A DNA stretch of 64,000 nucleotides from Thermoplasmata archaeon. Lineage in GTDB: Archaea; Thermoplasmatota; Thermoplasmata; RBG-16-68-12; JAFNFQ01. Below are positions 23,131 to 33,120 of the stretch, in pieces. Made by a program: the position numbers and the translations under genes. Below the pieces are notes generated by a model. That model was not told where the DNA came from. It searched no databases and was given only the letters and a program-made list of their open reading frames with translations. Location of the stretch: contig JBGPQV010000009.1 of assembly GCA_041489255.1 (NCBI GenBank), positions 1 through 64,000 on the forward strand, in the 5' to 3' direction. Numbering within the stretch: position 1 is the stretch's first letter; every line of letters starts with the position of its first letter.

Positions 23131-24333
23131 ATGAGCGACATTACTTCTCTAGTCTCTCGTCACGACGAGTGGCGGCTTCGCGAGTGCATCAACCTGCAGT
23201 GTTCCGAGAACGTCACGAGCGAGGCGGTCAGGAAGATACTATCCTCCGACATGGGCCATAGGTACACGCTGCCCATCAACCAGGACGTGCACGGGTCATT
23301 TGTCGAGAACGCGTACCGTGGGACGCGGTACATGGACGAGATAGAGGCGTTGGGGGAGAAGCTGGCCGCAGAACTCTTCGGCGGGAAGTTCGCGACGGTC
23401 AAGCCGCTCTCGGGCCACATTGCCGCAATGATCATGCTCACTGCGATTTGCAGGAAAGGTAACGGGATGCTCGTCGTGGATGCGAGGCATGGCGGGTATG
23501 ACGGCTATCTTCCAGAGAACATGGCCGGCATGTTCGGCTTCAAGGCGGGTTTCCTTCCTTTCGACAAGAGGAGGTGGAATGTTGATTCCGGCGCTGCGGC
23601 TCGCAAGATCAGGAAGGAGAAACCTAGGCTCGTGGTCCTGGGGGCCAGCTTCATCCTGTTCCCATACGATATTCGGCCAATACGAGAAGCTGCTGACGAC
23701 GTCGGTGCGCGGCTCGGCTACGACGGTTCCCACGTCCTCGGGCTGATGGCGGGAGGCGAATTCCAGAAGCCTTTCGAAGAGGGTGTCGACATCCTTGTGG
23801 GGAGCACGCACAAGTCATTGTTCGGGCCGCAGGGAGGGCTAGTGGTCTGCCGGGATGACAGCCTGGCCGATGACATCCGGAAGGCGTTCTACTGGAAGGT
23901 CATGGACAACGCTCACTGGAACAGGATCGCCGCGTTGACGCAGGCGCTGTCGGAAGTGAAGAGACATGGGGCGAAGTATGCGCGGCAGGTCGTGAAGAAC
24001 TCGAAGGCCCTCGCGTCTTCCCTGCATCGTGGCGGGTTGGAGTTGAGGTTTCCAGAGCTCGACTTCACCGAATGCCACCAGATGCACGTCGATGAGCGCG
24101 CGCTCAAGGCGGATTGGAATCTCACCCTGGACCAGTATGCCAAGAAACTGGAGAGGAGCAACCTGATCGTCGACGCGGTCGGCCGCATCGGGACGAATGA
24201 GCTCACGAGGTTGGGCGGGCGGGAGGAGACCACCTCCGAGATCGCAGACATGATTCTTCGTGCCCTGAAAGATGAGGACGTAGCGCGGGAAGTTGCCGCC
24301 CTGCGCTCCAATCTCAAGATGAGTTACTGCTAG
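23131..24333 (+). CDS. glyA: Serine hydroxymethyltransferase
   Basis: INLQCSENVTS, YRGTRYMDEIE, YDGSHVLGL, GSTHKSLFGPQGG (PLP Lys). Confidence 0.9.
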   Translation: MSDITSLVSRHDEWRLRECINLQCSENVTSEAVRKILSSDMGHRYTLPINQDVHGSFVENAYRGTRYMDEIEALGEKLAAELFGGKFATVKPLSGHIAAMIMLTAICRKGNGMLVVDARHGGYDGYLPENMAGMFGFKAGFLPFDKRRWNVDSGAAARKIRKEKPRLVVLGASFILFPYDIRPIREAADDVGARLGYDGSHVLGLMAGGEFQKPFEEGVDILVGSTHKSLFGPQGGLVVCRDDSLADDIRKAFYWKVMDNAHWNRIAALTQALSEVKRHGAKYARQVVKNSKALASSLHRGGLELRFPELDFTECHQMHVDERALKADWNLTLDQYAKKLERSNLIVDAVGRIGTNELTRLGGREETTSEIADMILRALKDEDVAREVAALRSNLKMSYC

Positions 24334-24366
24334 CCAAGGGGAAAAAGACAATAAGCCACACCAGTC

Positions 24367-25392
24367 ATGTCCATCCACCGCATGCCCAATCTGGATAGAT
24401 ACAGCCGCCAGACAGTCCTCGAACAGGTCGGCAAGGAAGGCCAGAAGAGATTGCTCGATGCACATGTCTCCGTTCTCGGCCTCGGGGCCCTCGGAACCGT
24501 GAGTTCGACTCTGCTGGTAAGGGCCGGGGTTGGGCACCTCACCGTCATCGACAGGGACGTCGTCGAACTCGTCAACCTCCAGAGGCAGGTACTCTATGGA
24601 GAGGATGACATCGGGCTGCCAAAGGCACCTGTAGCCGCCGCAAGACTGAGACAGATGAACTCCTCGATCAAGGTCGAGGGCATGGCGAAGGATGTGAGCA
24701 GCGCCAATGTGCTCGGACTCCTCAAGGGTTCGGAGCTTATTCTCGACGGCACCGACAACCTCGAAACGCGATTCCTACTGAACGAGGCTTGCGTGGAGAC
24801 CGAGACTCCGTGGGTCTATGCGGGGGTCATAGGGACGGAAGGAAGGGTAATGTCGATAGTCCCCGGCAAGACCGCGTGCTTCCGATGCTTCTCCAGAAGC
24901 CTTCCGGCCCCTGGGACTCTGCCAACGTGCGAGACCGCCGGGGTACTCAACTCAGTAGCTGCCGCCACCGCGTCTCTGCAAGTAACGGAAGCCATCAAGC
25001 TGATGGTCGGGGAGGAACCTGCTGGATATCTCATGGTCCTCGACGGATGGTCCCCCGAACTGCTGCGAATCAAGATGCCCCGGAGCAGGACCTGTCCGGT
25101 CTGCGTCGGCGGCAAGAGGGAGTATCTTGGCGGGAGGAGACCCCAGGTGATAACCGCCCTCTGCGGCGGGAACACGATATCGTTCGACCCGCTGCACAAA
25201 GGCAAGGTCGATTTGGCGGGAATCGCGATGAGACTCGGGAAGATTGGGAAGGTTAAAGTGGCGGGCGGGGTGGTGGTCTTCGAGACGGGCAGGCACAGAA
25301 TGACGATATTTGAAGATGGGCGGGCGTTAATCAAAGGCGCGCGCAGCCCGGGAGAGGCGAGGTCCCTCTATTCGAAGTACGTCGGGCTGTGA
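24367..25392 (+). CDS. ThiF/MoeB/UbaA E1-like adenylyltransferase with C-terminal extra domain
   Basis: DRYSRQ, GLGALG, DRDVVELVNLQRQ, DGTDN, CFRC...CPVC, PTCETAGVL. Confidence 0.9.
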   Translation: MSIHRMPNLDRYSRQTVLEQVGKEGQKRLLDAHVSVLGLGALGTVSSTLLVRAGVGHLTVIDRDVVELVNLQRQVLYGEDDIGLPKAPVAAARLRQMNSSIKVEGMAKDVSSANVLGLLKGSELILDGTDNLETRFLLNEACVETETPWVYAGVIGTEGRVMSIVPGKTACFRCFSRSLPAPGTLPTCETAGVLNSVAAATASLQVTEAIKLMVGEEPAGYLMVLDGWSPELLRIKMPRSRTCPVCVGGKREYLGGRRPQVITALCGGNTISFDPLHKGKVDLAGIAMRLGKIGKVKVAGGVVVFETGRHRMTIFEDGRALIKGARSPGEARSLYSKYVGL

Positions 25393-25405
25393 CCTGAGGA
25401 AGTGA

Positions 25406-26080
25406 ATGATGACCAACATCGCTGGAAAGGGGTTGTTGCTCTTGAGTGGTGGGTTCGACAGCCCCGTGGCCGGCCACCTCATGAAGCAGCAGGGCCTTGA
25501 CATCGACGCGATCCATTTCTCGCTCGAACCCGTCACCGACGACGCAGCCGAGAAGAAGTGCATGGAGCTCGCGAGGATAGTCGGGCTTCGAAAGGTGTAT
25601 GTCGCGAAAGTCGGGGACGCATTCACGAAGATTGCGGCGATGTGTTCACACCGATTCTATTTCGTCCTCAGCAAAAGGCTGATGGTTCGGGTGGCCGAGG
25701 CCGTGGCCAGGCGCGACGGCTACAGTTTCCTCGTCACGGGGGAGAACCTCGGGCAGGTCTCGAGCCAGACGCTGCAGAACCTGACTGTCATCGACAATGC
25801 CGCCAGGATCCCGGTTTTGCGTCCGCTTCTCGGCTTCGACAAGCAGGAGATAATCTCGGTGGCGAAGAAGCTGGGAACATACGAGACCTCGAAGGGCCCT
25901 GAGATATGCGACGCGCTCGGCCCCGACAAGCCGTCGACAGCCGCCACTCTGCCGGAGATCCTTCAAGAGGAGACCAATCTGAACGGCGAGGGGCTTGTCG
26001 AGAAAGTGGTCGGTGATATGGAGGAGAGAGCAATACCTCGCGACGCCAAAGCCGCCGACAAGAGGGAGGCCGCTGGATGA
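25406..26080 (+). CDS. ThiI-like PP-loop domain protein lacking the N-terminal ferredoxin-like/THUMP domains
   Basis: LLSGGFDSPVA, TGENLGQVSSQTLQNL, RPLLGFDKQEII, GTYETS; only 224 aa. Confidence 0.85.
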   Translation: MMTNIAGKGLLLLSGGFDSPVAGHLMKQQGLDIDAIHFSLEPVTDDAAEKKCMELARIVGLRKVYVAKVGDAFTKIAAMCSHRFYFVLSKRLMVRVAEAVARRDGYSFLVTGENLGQVSSQTLQNLTVIDNAARIPVLRPLLGFDKQEIISVAKKLGTYETSKGPEICDALGPDKPSTAATLPEILQEETNLNGEGLVEKVVGDMEERAIPRDAKAADKREAAG

Positions 26081-26367
26081 CCTATTACTTGCTCAAGCCC
26101 TGCAAGACCTCCGCGGGCTTCACGAGCACCTTGAAAAAGAGGACGAAGCTCAATCTCAAGGACGCGAAGCCGAAGTTGGAGGCGGCGGGATACAAGGTAA
26201 CCGATGTCGAGGTCATGCTCATCCTCGAGGGCCCGGGGGGCATGACTGTCTACGAGAGCGGCAAGATCCTCCTCAAGACGAACGACAAGGATGAGGCGCA
26301 GCATCAGATTGATTCAGTATACGGGATCCTAGGTCTGTCTGAAGAGAAGGCCGAGACCCCCGCCTAA
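26077..26367 (+). CDS. Small protein, possible single TBP-like repeat fold
   Basis: MTVYESGKILLKTNDKDEA resembles the TBP repeat pattern and the C-terminal domain of the neighbouring ThiF; ATGA overlap with the thiI-like gene. Confidence 0.65.
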   Translation: MTYYLLKPCKTSAGFTSTLKKRTKLNLKDAKPKLEAAGYKVTDVEVMLILEGPGGMTVYESGKILLKTNDKDEAQHQIDSVYGILGLSEEKAETPA

Positions 26368-26870
26368 TGCTTATCTATATGCATTCCGAATCCACCGTCG
26401 TGAGATTCGTCCTGGACACCTCGGCTCTCATGAGCGGCAAGACGTTCGAGGGCGATCTGTACACGACGCCGGAGGTTCTGAGCGAACTCAGGAGGTTCGG
26501 CGTTACCCCGCAGCTTGAGGCCTTCATCGAGAACAAGGTCCGAATCGTCACTCCCGGTGACGAGTCAGTCGATGTGGTGAAGCGCAAGGCCGAAGAGACG
26601 GGAGACGTCAATCGTTTGTCGCCGACGGACATCGGCATCCTCGCGTTGGCGGTCGAATTGAGAGCGGCTCTTGTGACAGACGACTATTCTATCGAGAACA
26701 CGGCGAAGGCGATGGGCATCCGGTACGACACGGTGATGATGCCAGCGATCAAGGAGGTGGTCCACTGGCGGTATCGCTGCATCGGCTGTCTCAAGTTCTG
26801 GCCCGAATGGCACAGCGCGTGCCCGGTTTGCGGCGCTCGGCTAAAGACATCCAGATCGAAGAAGAAGTGA
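26367..26870 (+). CDS. nob1: Nob1 rRNA-maturation endonuclease (PIN + zinc ribbon)
   Basis: VLDTSA, ETGD..RLSPTD, VTDDYSIEN, CIGC...CPVCG. Confidence 0.9.
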   Translation: MLIYMHSESTVVRFVLDTSALMSGKTFEGDLYTTPEVLSELRRFGVTPQLEAFIENKVRIVTPGDESVDVVKRKAEETGDVNRLSPTDIGILALAVELRAALVTDDYSIENTAKAMGIRYDTVMMPAIKEVVHWRYRCIGCLKFWPEWHSACPVCGARLKTSRSKKK

Positions 26871-27653
26871 CTACTTCCCGAAGCGCCTGTGGCGCATCTG
26901 ATAAGACCTTATTGCCCGCAAGAAGTCGATTTTCCTGAAGCCCGGCCAGTAGACGTCCACGAAGTACAGTTCGGAGTAGGCGAGCTGCCACAAGAAGAAG
27001 TTGCTGATCCTCTCCTCCCCGCTGGTCCTCAGGACCAGGTCCGGGTCCGGGATGTCCGCCGTCCACAGCCGCTTGGAGAAGAACTTCTCATCAATGTCCT
27101 CCGGCGCGATCTTCCCGCCGCGCGCGTCTCGCACGAGCCCTCTGATGGCGTCGAGGATCTCCTCTCTCCCGCCATAAGCGATAGCGAGGTTCAGCCTGTA
27201 CTTGTCGTAGCCCCTGGTCCTGCCCTCGCAGTAGTCGATTGCCTCGACCACCTCCCTCGGGAGCATGTCCCGCCGCCCGAGGACCGTGATCCGGATCTGG
27301 TTCTTGTGTACCCTCTCCTCGTCGCCCGCCCTCCGGAAGTTCTCGGCGAAGAGGCGCATGATGTGCCTTACCTCCTCCGTGTCCCTCGAGAAGTTCTCGG
27401 TGGAGAAGGCGTACACGGTAAGGATCTTGACGCCGGCCTCGAGGCACCACTCCAGGACCTCCTCCAGCTTCTCCCGCCCCTTCTCGTGCCCGGTCAGCGG
27501 CCTCAGCCCTATCGATTCAGCGAACCGCCGGTTGCCGTCCATGATTATGGCGACATGCTCGGGGACGGGTCGCGATTTGACCTGCTGGACCAGGCTCCTC
27601 TCGTAGGCCTGGTATGCAGCATCGCTGAGCATCTTGGAGATATCGACAGGCAA
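26871..27653 (-). CDS. uppS: Cis-prenyltransferase (UppS family)
   Basis: HVAIIMDGNRR, YAFSTENFSR, AYGGREEI, RTSGEERISNFFLWQ. Confidence 0.95.
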   Translation of the reverse strand: MPVDISKMLSDAAYQAYERSLVQQVKSRPVPEHVAIIMDGNRRFAESIGLRPLTGHEKGREKLEEVLEWCLEAGVKILTVYAFSTENFSRDTEEVRHIMRLFAENFRRAGDEERVHKNQIRITVLGRRDMLPREVVEAIDYCEGRTRGYDKYRLNLAIAYGGREEILDAIRGLVRDARGGKIAPEDIDEKFFSKRLWTADIPDPDLVLRTSGEERISNFFLWQLAYSELYFVDVYWPGFRKIDFLRAIRSYQMRHRRFGK

Positions 27654-27803
27654 CGGCCGTTCTCATCGTCCATCCGCTTATTAACCTTCTCGGCGAGCCG
27701 ATTCCGCAGGATCCTCTCAGCCAGAATCGCTAGTCCCGAAACTTTAAGTAGAACACCTTTTATCAATCAGCCAGATACAAACAGGAATCCTCCAGTGGAG
27801 CCG

Positions 27804-28601
27804 ATGAAGCATAGCGAATATATGGAGCTTTATCGAAAGCTCTCCACGCCCGAAGATATCGATTTTCTGGCGGAGAACTTTGGATACGGCAAAGAACTCC
27901 TCCTGGTCATCTACACGCAGCGAGTGACACGAGACGCGACGAAGCGCTACTACCGCGTCAAGGACCAGGTGAAACGCCTCCTGAGGATGTGGCAGGACGG
28001 ACAATCATTCGTCCAGATAGCGAGGAGATACGACTTCCCGCCCGTGCTCACCGCCATGATGATAATGGAGCAGAGAAAGGTCTCGCGGAAGCAGTTCTGG
28101 AAGCTCGCGTCAGACCCTGGGTTGTCGGGAGACGCCGGTCTCCGGAAGGATCTGCAGCAGGCCCTGAAGGATGACATCGTTTACTCGCCATCCGGAGTCG
28201 AGACGCAATACGCTCGAGGGAGATGGGGCGAAAAGATGCTCACTGACTGGCTCGATGCTCGAGGTCTCCAGTACAGGACGGAGAAGCAGCTCAAATCCGA
28301 GTACGACAAGACACCTGATGTGCTGCTGCATAAACCGATTGAGTGGAACGGGTCGAAGAACTATTGGATAGAGAGCAAGGCGATCGTCGGCGACCCCGTC
28401 GAGATAAAGCGCCACATCAGGAAGCAGCTAGGTCCGTATTGGGAGATTTTCGGGGATGGGATAGTGGTCTACTGGTTCGGCTTTGTGGACGATGTGAAGC
28501 TCGAAGTGCCCAAAGGCATTAGCATGGTCGATCAGCGCTTCTTCGAACGGGACGACGTCGTGCCTCTGCCCCAAACGGTGAAGCGAGTCGGAAGCAGCTG
28601 A
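27804..28601 (+). CDS. TPD-domain / C15orf41 (CDIN1)-like PD-(D/E)xK nuclease
   Basis: Helical N-terminus, then GE..L...TE..L...KTPDVLL...WIESKA...QL..Y...FG.G.VVYWFGF. Confidence 0.75.
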   Translation: MKHSEYMELYRKLSTPEDIDFLAENFGYGKELLLVIYTQRVTRDATKRYYRVKDQVKRLLRMWQDGQSFVQIARRYDFPPVLTAMMIMEQRKVSRKQFWKLASDPGLSGDAGLRKDLQQALKDDIVYSPSGVETQYARGRWGEKMLTDWLDARGLQYRTEKQLKSEYDKTPDVLLHKPIEWNGSKNYWIESKAIVGDPVEIKRHIRKQLGPYWEIFGDGIVVYWFGFVDDVKLEVPKGISMVDQRFFERDDVVPLPQTVKRVGSS

Positions 28602-28663
28602 ATTCCATTGCGGTATCCCCGTCCCAAGAAAGCCTTATACGGTTCAACAACATCGTCGGCTCG

Positions 28664-28969
28664 ATGCCTGAAAATGAAGCGGGCCGAGTGAGGCTCCCAC
28701 AGCTGAGAGGCGGAGAGATTTTCGGAATCGCGGACCAGCTCCTCGGCGCATCGCGAATCAAGGTAATGTGTGCGGACGGCAAGAGCCGCCTGGGGAGAAT
28801 CCCTGGCAAGTTGAAGAAACGGATGTGGATAAGGGAGGGGGACTTGCTGGTCGTCAAGCCTTGGGACTTCCAGGACGAGAAATGCAACATCGTCCACAGA
28901 TACACCAAGACCGAGGCCAGCTACCTGAGCAGGCGTAGGGCAATACCCAAGACAATCGATATATTCTAG
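28664..28969 (+). CDS. eif1a: Translation initiation factor aIF-1A
   Basis: QLLGASRIKVMCADGKSRLGRIPGKLKKRMWIREGD. Confidence 0.95.
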   Translation: MPENEAGRVRLPQLRGGEIFGIADQLLGASRIKVMCADGKSRLGRIPGKLKKRMWIREGDLLVVKPWDFQDEKCNIVHRYTKTEASYLSRRRAIPKTIDIF

Positions 28970-29003
28970 TCGCTACGTACGGCTTTTGAGGAAAGCTCCT
29001 GCC

Positions 29004-29795
29004 ATGTGCCCTCCGTTATCCCGAAACAGACTCAGGCTGGACGAGAAGAAGCTTCTCATTCTCGAGGAGCGCATCGACGGATGGCGCGTTCGCGTCAAGG
29101 ACGACAGCCAGGCAAAGACTTATGGCGAGGTCTTCGACCAGAGGACGCTCATGGTCATCTACAAGCTCATCAACGAGGGAGCCGTTTCGACCGTTGATTA
29201 TCCTGTCTCGACGGGGAAGGAGGGCAATGTATTCCATGCGACGGCGAACGGCGAGCCTGTCGCGCTCAAGATATACCGAGTCAGCAATGCGGCCTTCCGC
29301 GCGCTTTCAGACTACATCCTGGGCGATCCTCGCTTCAAGGGACTGAAGGGAAGCAAGAGGAAAATCATCTGCGCCTGGGCGACAAAGGAGTACAAGAACC
29401 TCGAGAGGATGCACCTCTCGGGGACAAGGGTCCCGAGGCCGATCGCCGTGGAGGAAAATATACTAGTCATGGGCTATTTAGGTGACGAGACAATGCCCGC
29501 CCCGATGCTCAAGAGCGTGAAGCTCAAGGATCCGGAGTCGGTAATGGACGACGTGATAGACAACATGAAATGCATACAAAAAGCGGGGCTGGTACACGGA
29601 GACCTGAGCGAGTACAACATCCTCATCTGGGACGGGAAGACATACATCATCGATGTCGGGCAGGCGGTCACGCTGGATCATGTCAACGCGAATGAATGGT
29701 TCAAGAGGGATGTGGAAAACGTCGCGCGGTACTTCCGCCGCCTCGGTTGCGACATCACGCCGGAAGCGGTCAATCAGCGAGTCAGGGGTGTGTAA
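29004..29795 (+). CDS. rio1: RIO1 serine/threonine kinase
   Basis: STGKEGNVF, ALKIYR, LVHGDLSEYNIL, IIDVGQAV; start uncertain. Confidence 0.93.
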   Translation: MCPPLSRNRLRLDEKKLLILEERIDGWRVRVKDDSQAKTYGEVFDQRTLMVIYKLINEGAVSTVDYPVSTGKEGNVFHATANGEPVALKIYRVSNAAFRALSDYILGDPRFKGLKGSKRKIICAWATKEYKNLERMHLSGTRVPRPIAVEENILVMGYLGDETMPAPMLKSVKLKDPESVMDDVIDNMKCIQKAGLVHGDLSEYNILIWDGKTYIIDVGQAVTLDHVNANEWFKRDVENVARYFRRLGCDITPEAVNQRVRGV

Positions 29796-29796
29796 G

Positions 29797-30336
29797 ATGT
29801 TCTACGTGAGAATACCTGTCGACAGGGTCGGGGTCCTCATAGGCGAGCAGGGACAGACGAAGGCCCGCCTCGAGGAACTGACCGGGGTCAAGATCATTGT
29901 CGATTCGAACACCGGCGAGGTCACAATCGATGAAACCGGGGCAAAAGAACCAACGTTCTCGCTAAAAGTGAGGGACGTGGTCACGGCGATAGGGCGGGGT
30001 TTCTCTGAGGAGAAGGCATTCCTGCTCATGGACGATGACATGTACATTCAGGCTTTCGACATCAAGGAGTTCGCGAGCGACAGCAAAGACAGGGTCGCGC
30101 AGATCAAGGGGCGCGTCATCGGGGCGGGAGGCAAGACCCGCCGCCTTCTCGAGGAATTGGCGGGAGTCGACATCTCCGTCTCCGGGCACACGGTTGCCAT
30201 AATCGGCGACGCGTTCCATCTGGACATCGGTAAGCAGGCGGTCGAGATGCTGCTTGGCGGGAGCGAGCACAAGACGGTCTACCGTTTCCTGGAGCGGAAG
30301 AGGCAGGAGATCAAGGCATACGAGACGGGCCTGTAG
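29797..30336 (+). CDS. KH-domain RNA-processing protein (Dim2/Pno1)
   Basis: RVGVLIG..G.TK, AIGRGFS, KGRVIGAGGKTR, H.TVYRFLE; conserved aIF1A-rio1-KH order. Confidence 0.9.
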   Translation: MFYVRIPVDRVGVLIGEQGQTKARLEELTGVKIIVDSNTGEVTIDETGAKEPTFSLKVRDVVTAIGRGFSEEKAFLLMDDDMYIQAFDIKEFASDSKDRVAQIKGRVIGAGGKTRRLLEELAGVDISVSGHTVAIIGDAFHLDIGKQAVEMLLGGSEHKTVYRFLERKRQEIKAYETGL

Positions 30337-30402
30337 CCATTATTTCTAAGCAGTCGCAAATTCTTAAGTAATCGGGTCGTGTCCCAACCAATCGGTGAGC
30401 TG

Positions 30403-33117
30403 ATGTCAAAGTACGTTTACTTCTTCAACGAAGGCAGTGCAAAAATGCGGGACCTCCTCGGGGGAAAGGGAGCTAACCTGTGCGAGATGACGCGCCTGGG
30501 CATGCCCGTGCCTCCCGGATTCGTGATAACGACCGAAGTCTGCGTCCATTATGCGAGCGAGGGCGCGTACCCGCCAACGCTCGATGAGCAGGTGAATGCC
30601 GCTCTCGCCAATGTCGAGAAGGAGATGGGCCTGAAGTTCGGGGACGAGCACAAGCCCCTGCTGCTCTCCTGCCGGAGCGGGGCGAGGCGCTCGATGCCCG
30701 GGATGATGGAGACCGTGCTCAACGTCGGCCTCTGCTCGAAGACGATTCCGGGTTTGATTGAAAAGACGCGCAACGAGCGATTCGTCTATGACGCCTACCG
30801 CAGGCTCATCATGATGTATTCAGACGTGGTCATGGAGAAAGCGGAGGGCATCGAGACGAAAGAAGGCGAAGGCATCCGTGACAAGTTGGAATCGCTGATG
30901 GCGGGGATGAAGAAGAAAAAGCACTACACTCAGGATACGGAATTGACCGCTGAGGATCTCAAGGAACTCTGCACTCAGTTCAAGAAGAAAGTCAGGGAGG
31001 TCATGGGCAGGGACTTCCCCGACGATCCGATGGAGCAGCTCTGGGGGTCGGTCGGTGCTGTCTTCAAGAGCTGGAACGGCAAGCGCGCCGTCTCATATAG
31101 GAGAATCGAACACATCCCCGACGATTGGGGGACCGCAACGAACGTGCAAAGCATGGTTTTCGGCAACATGGGCGAGACATCTGCCACAGGCGTGGCTTTC
31201 ACGCGGAATCCCGCCACGGGAGCGAACAAGTTCTATGGGGAGTGGCTGCCGAACGCCCAGGGCGAGGACGTCGTCGCTGGCATCCGCACACCGAACCCCC
31301 TTAACGAGGAAACGAAGAATCCCCAGAACAAGCACCTGCCATCTCTCCAGAGCAAATGGCCCGCGCTCTACCGCGAGCTCGGCAGTATACGGACCACGCT
31401 GGAGAAGCACTTCAGGGACATGCAGGACATCGAATTCACGATTCAGGAGGGCAAGCTCTACATGCTCCAGTGCCGCAACGGCAAGAGGACAGGCACGGCC
31501 GCACTGAACATGGCGATGGACATGCTGGAGGAAGGCCTGATCGATAACAGGACGGCGGTCCTGCGCGTGGAGCCGGGGCACCTCGAAGAACTGCTGCACC
31601 CCATAGTGAACCCTGATGCGGAGAAGAAAGCGAAACCGTTCCTGACGGGTCTTCCGGCTGGTCCCGGAGGAGCTTTCGGGAAGATTGTGTTCACCTCGAT
31701 TGACGCGGTTGAATGGACTCGCCGCGGCGAGAAGGTCATCCTTGTGCGCAATGAAACCAATCCGGAGGATGTCGAGGGGATGCGCGCTGCGGCGGGAATC
31801 CTCACGGCCCGCGGTGGCATGACCAGCCACGCTGCCCTTGTCGCTCGAGGGTGGGGCAAGTGCTGCATTGTGGGGGCCGGAGAGGCCGAGGTCGACGCGG
31901 AATCCAGGAAGCTGGTCGTCGGCTCGACGAAGCTCAAAGAGGGGGATTTGGTCACGCTGAATGGGACCAAGGGCCTGGTCTATCAAGGTGCCCTCGCGAT
32001 GATGGACGCGAGCGAGAACCCGCGCTTCCAGCGATTCATGAAGCTGGTGGACGGGTTCCGAACCATGGGCGTCCGGACGAACGCTGACACGCAGAAGGAC
32101 GCTAGGGTGGCCAGGGACTTCGGCGCGGAGGGCATCGGCCTGTTCAGGACCGAGCACATGTTCTATGGGAAGGGCTCGGACGAGCCTCTGTTCCTGCTGC
32201 GCAAGATGATCCTCAGCAACACGCCGGAGGAGAGACAGGCGGCCGTCGACGAGCTCTACCCGTTCGTCAAGAGGGACATCAAAGCGACCCTGGAGGCCAT
32301 GGACGGGCTGCCAGTCACTATCAGGCTGCTCGACCCGCCGCTGCACGAATTCGTCCCTCAGGGCAAGGAGGACCAGGCGCAGCTGGCAAAGGCGCTCGGC
32401 ATCAAGCCGTCCGACGTCAAGAAGCGCGGCAAGGCACTGCAGGAGTCCAACCCGATGATGGGGCACCGGGGCGTCCGCCTCGGCATCACGTATCCCGAGA
32501 TCACGGAGATGCAGGTGCGCGCAATCCTCGAAGCCTCCGCGGAACTCATCAAGGCGGGCAAGCGCATGAAGCCTGAGATCATGGTCCCGGTGACCTGCGA
32601 TGTAGGCGAGCTCGACGCCACGAGGGTGATCGTCGACCGCGTCCATAACGAGGTCAGGAAGTCGACCGGCGTCGACGTGCCTTTCCTCTACGGCACGATG
32701 ATCGAGATCCCGAGGGCTTGCCTGTTGGCTGACAAGATGGCAAAGTCCGCGCAGTTCTTCTCGTTCGGCACCAACGACCTGACGCAGATGACATTCGGAT
32801 TCAGCCGCGACGACATCGGGACTTTCCTCCCCGACTATCTGAAGCAGGGCCTGCTGCCCGCCGACCCATTCCAGACCATCGACCAGTCTGGAGTCGGCCA
32901 GCTGATCCAGATGTCTGTGGACAGGGGCCGGGCCGCTCGACCGGATCTCAAGATCGGCATCTGCGGCGAACAGGGCGGCGATCCCGCAAGCGTCGAGTTC
33001 TGTTTCAAGGCCGGGCTGAACTACGTCAGTTGCTCGCCTTTCAGAGTCCCCGTGGCCCGTCTCGCGGCCGCCCAGGCCAATCTGAAACACAAGGAGGCGG
33101 AGAACAGAGGAGTCTAG
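30403..33117 (+). CDS. ppdK: Pyruvate, phosphate dikinase
   Basis: LLGGKGANL, SMPGMMETVLN, GGMTSHAA (phospho-His), GIGLFRTEHMF, FSFGTNDLTQ, GICGE. Confidence 0.96.
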   Translation: MSKYVYFFNEGSAKMRDLLGGKGANLCEMTRLGMPVPPGFVITTEVCVHYASEGAYPPTLDEQVNAALANVEKEMGLKFGDEHKPLLLSCRSGARRSMPGMMETVLNVGLCSKTIPGLIEKTRNERFVYDAYRRLIMMYSDVVMEKAEGIETKEGEGIRDKLESLMAGMKKKKHYTQDTELTAEDLKELCTQFKKKVREVMGRDFPDDPMEQLWGSVGAVFKSWNGKRAVSYRRIEHIPDDWGTATNVQSMVFGNMGETSATGVAFTRNPATGANKFYGEWLPNAQGEDVVAGIRTPNPLNEETKNPQNKHLPSLQSKWPALYRELGSIRTTLEKHFRDMQDIEFTIQEGKLYMLQCRNGKRTGTAALNMAMDMLEEGLIDNRTAVLRVEPGHLEELLHPIVNPDAEKKAKPFLTGLPAGPGGAFGKIVFTSIDAVEWTRRGEKVILVRNETNPEDVEGMRAAAGILTARGGMTSHAALVARGWGKCCIVGAGEAEVDAESRKLVVGSTKLKEGDLVTLNGTKGLVYQGALAMMDASENPRFQRFMKLVDGFRTMGVRTNADTQKDARVARDFGAEGIGLFRTEHMFYGKGSDEPLFLLRKMILSNTPEERQAAVDELYPFVKRDIKATLEAMDGLPVTIRLLDPPLHEFVPQGKEDQAQLAKALGIKPSDVKKRGKALQESNPMMGHRGVRLGITYPEITEMQVRAILEASAELIKAGKRMKPEIMVPVTCDVGELDATRVIVDRVHNEVRKSTGVDVPFLYGTMIEIPRACLLADKMAKSAQFFSFGTNDLTQMTFGFSRDDIGTFLPDYLKQGLLPADPFQTIDQSGVGQLIQMSVDRGRAARPDLKIGICGEQGGDPASVEFCFKAGLNYVSCSPFRVPVARLAAAQANLKHKEAENRGV

Positions 33118-33120
33118 GAA

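Noticed and set aside
26889-27803. N-terminal 305 aa of the 570-aa ORF
   Set aside because: Antisense to uppS; the real gene most likely begins at ATG 27804
30403-33117. PPDK as an unusual acquisition
   Set aside because: PPDK is known in several archaea and this copy looks canonical
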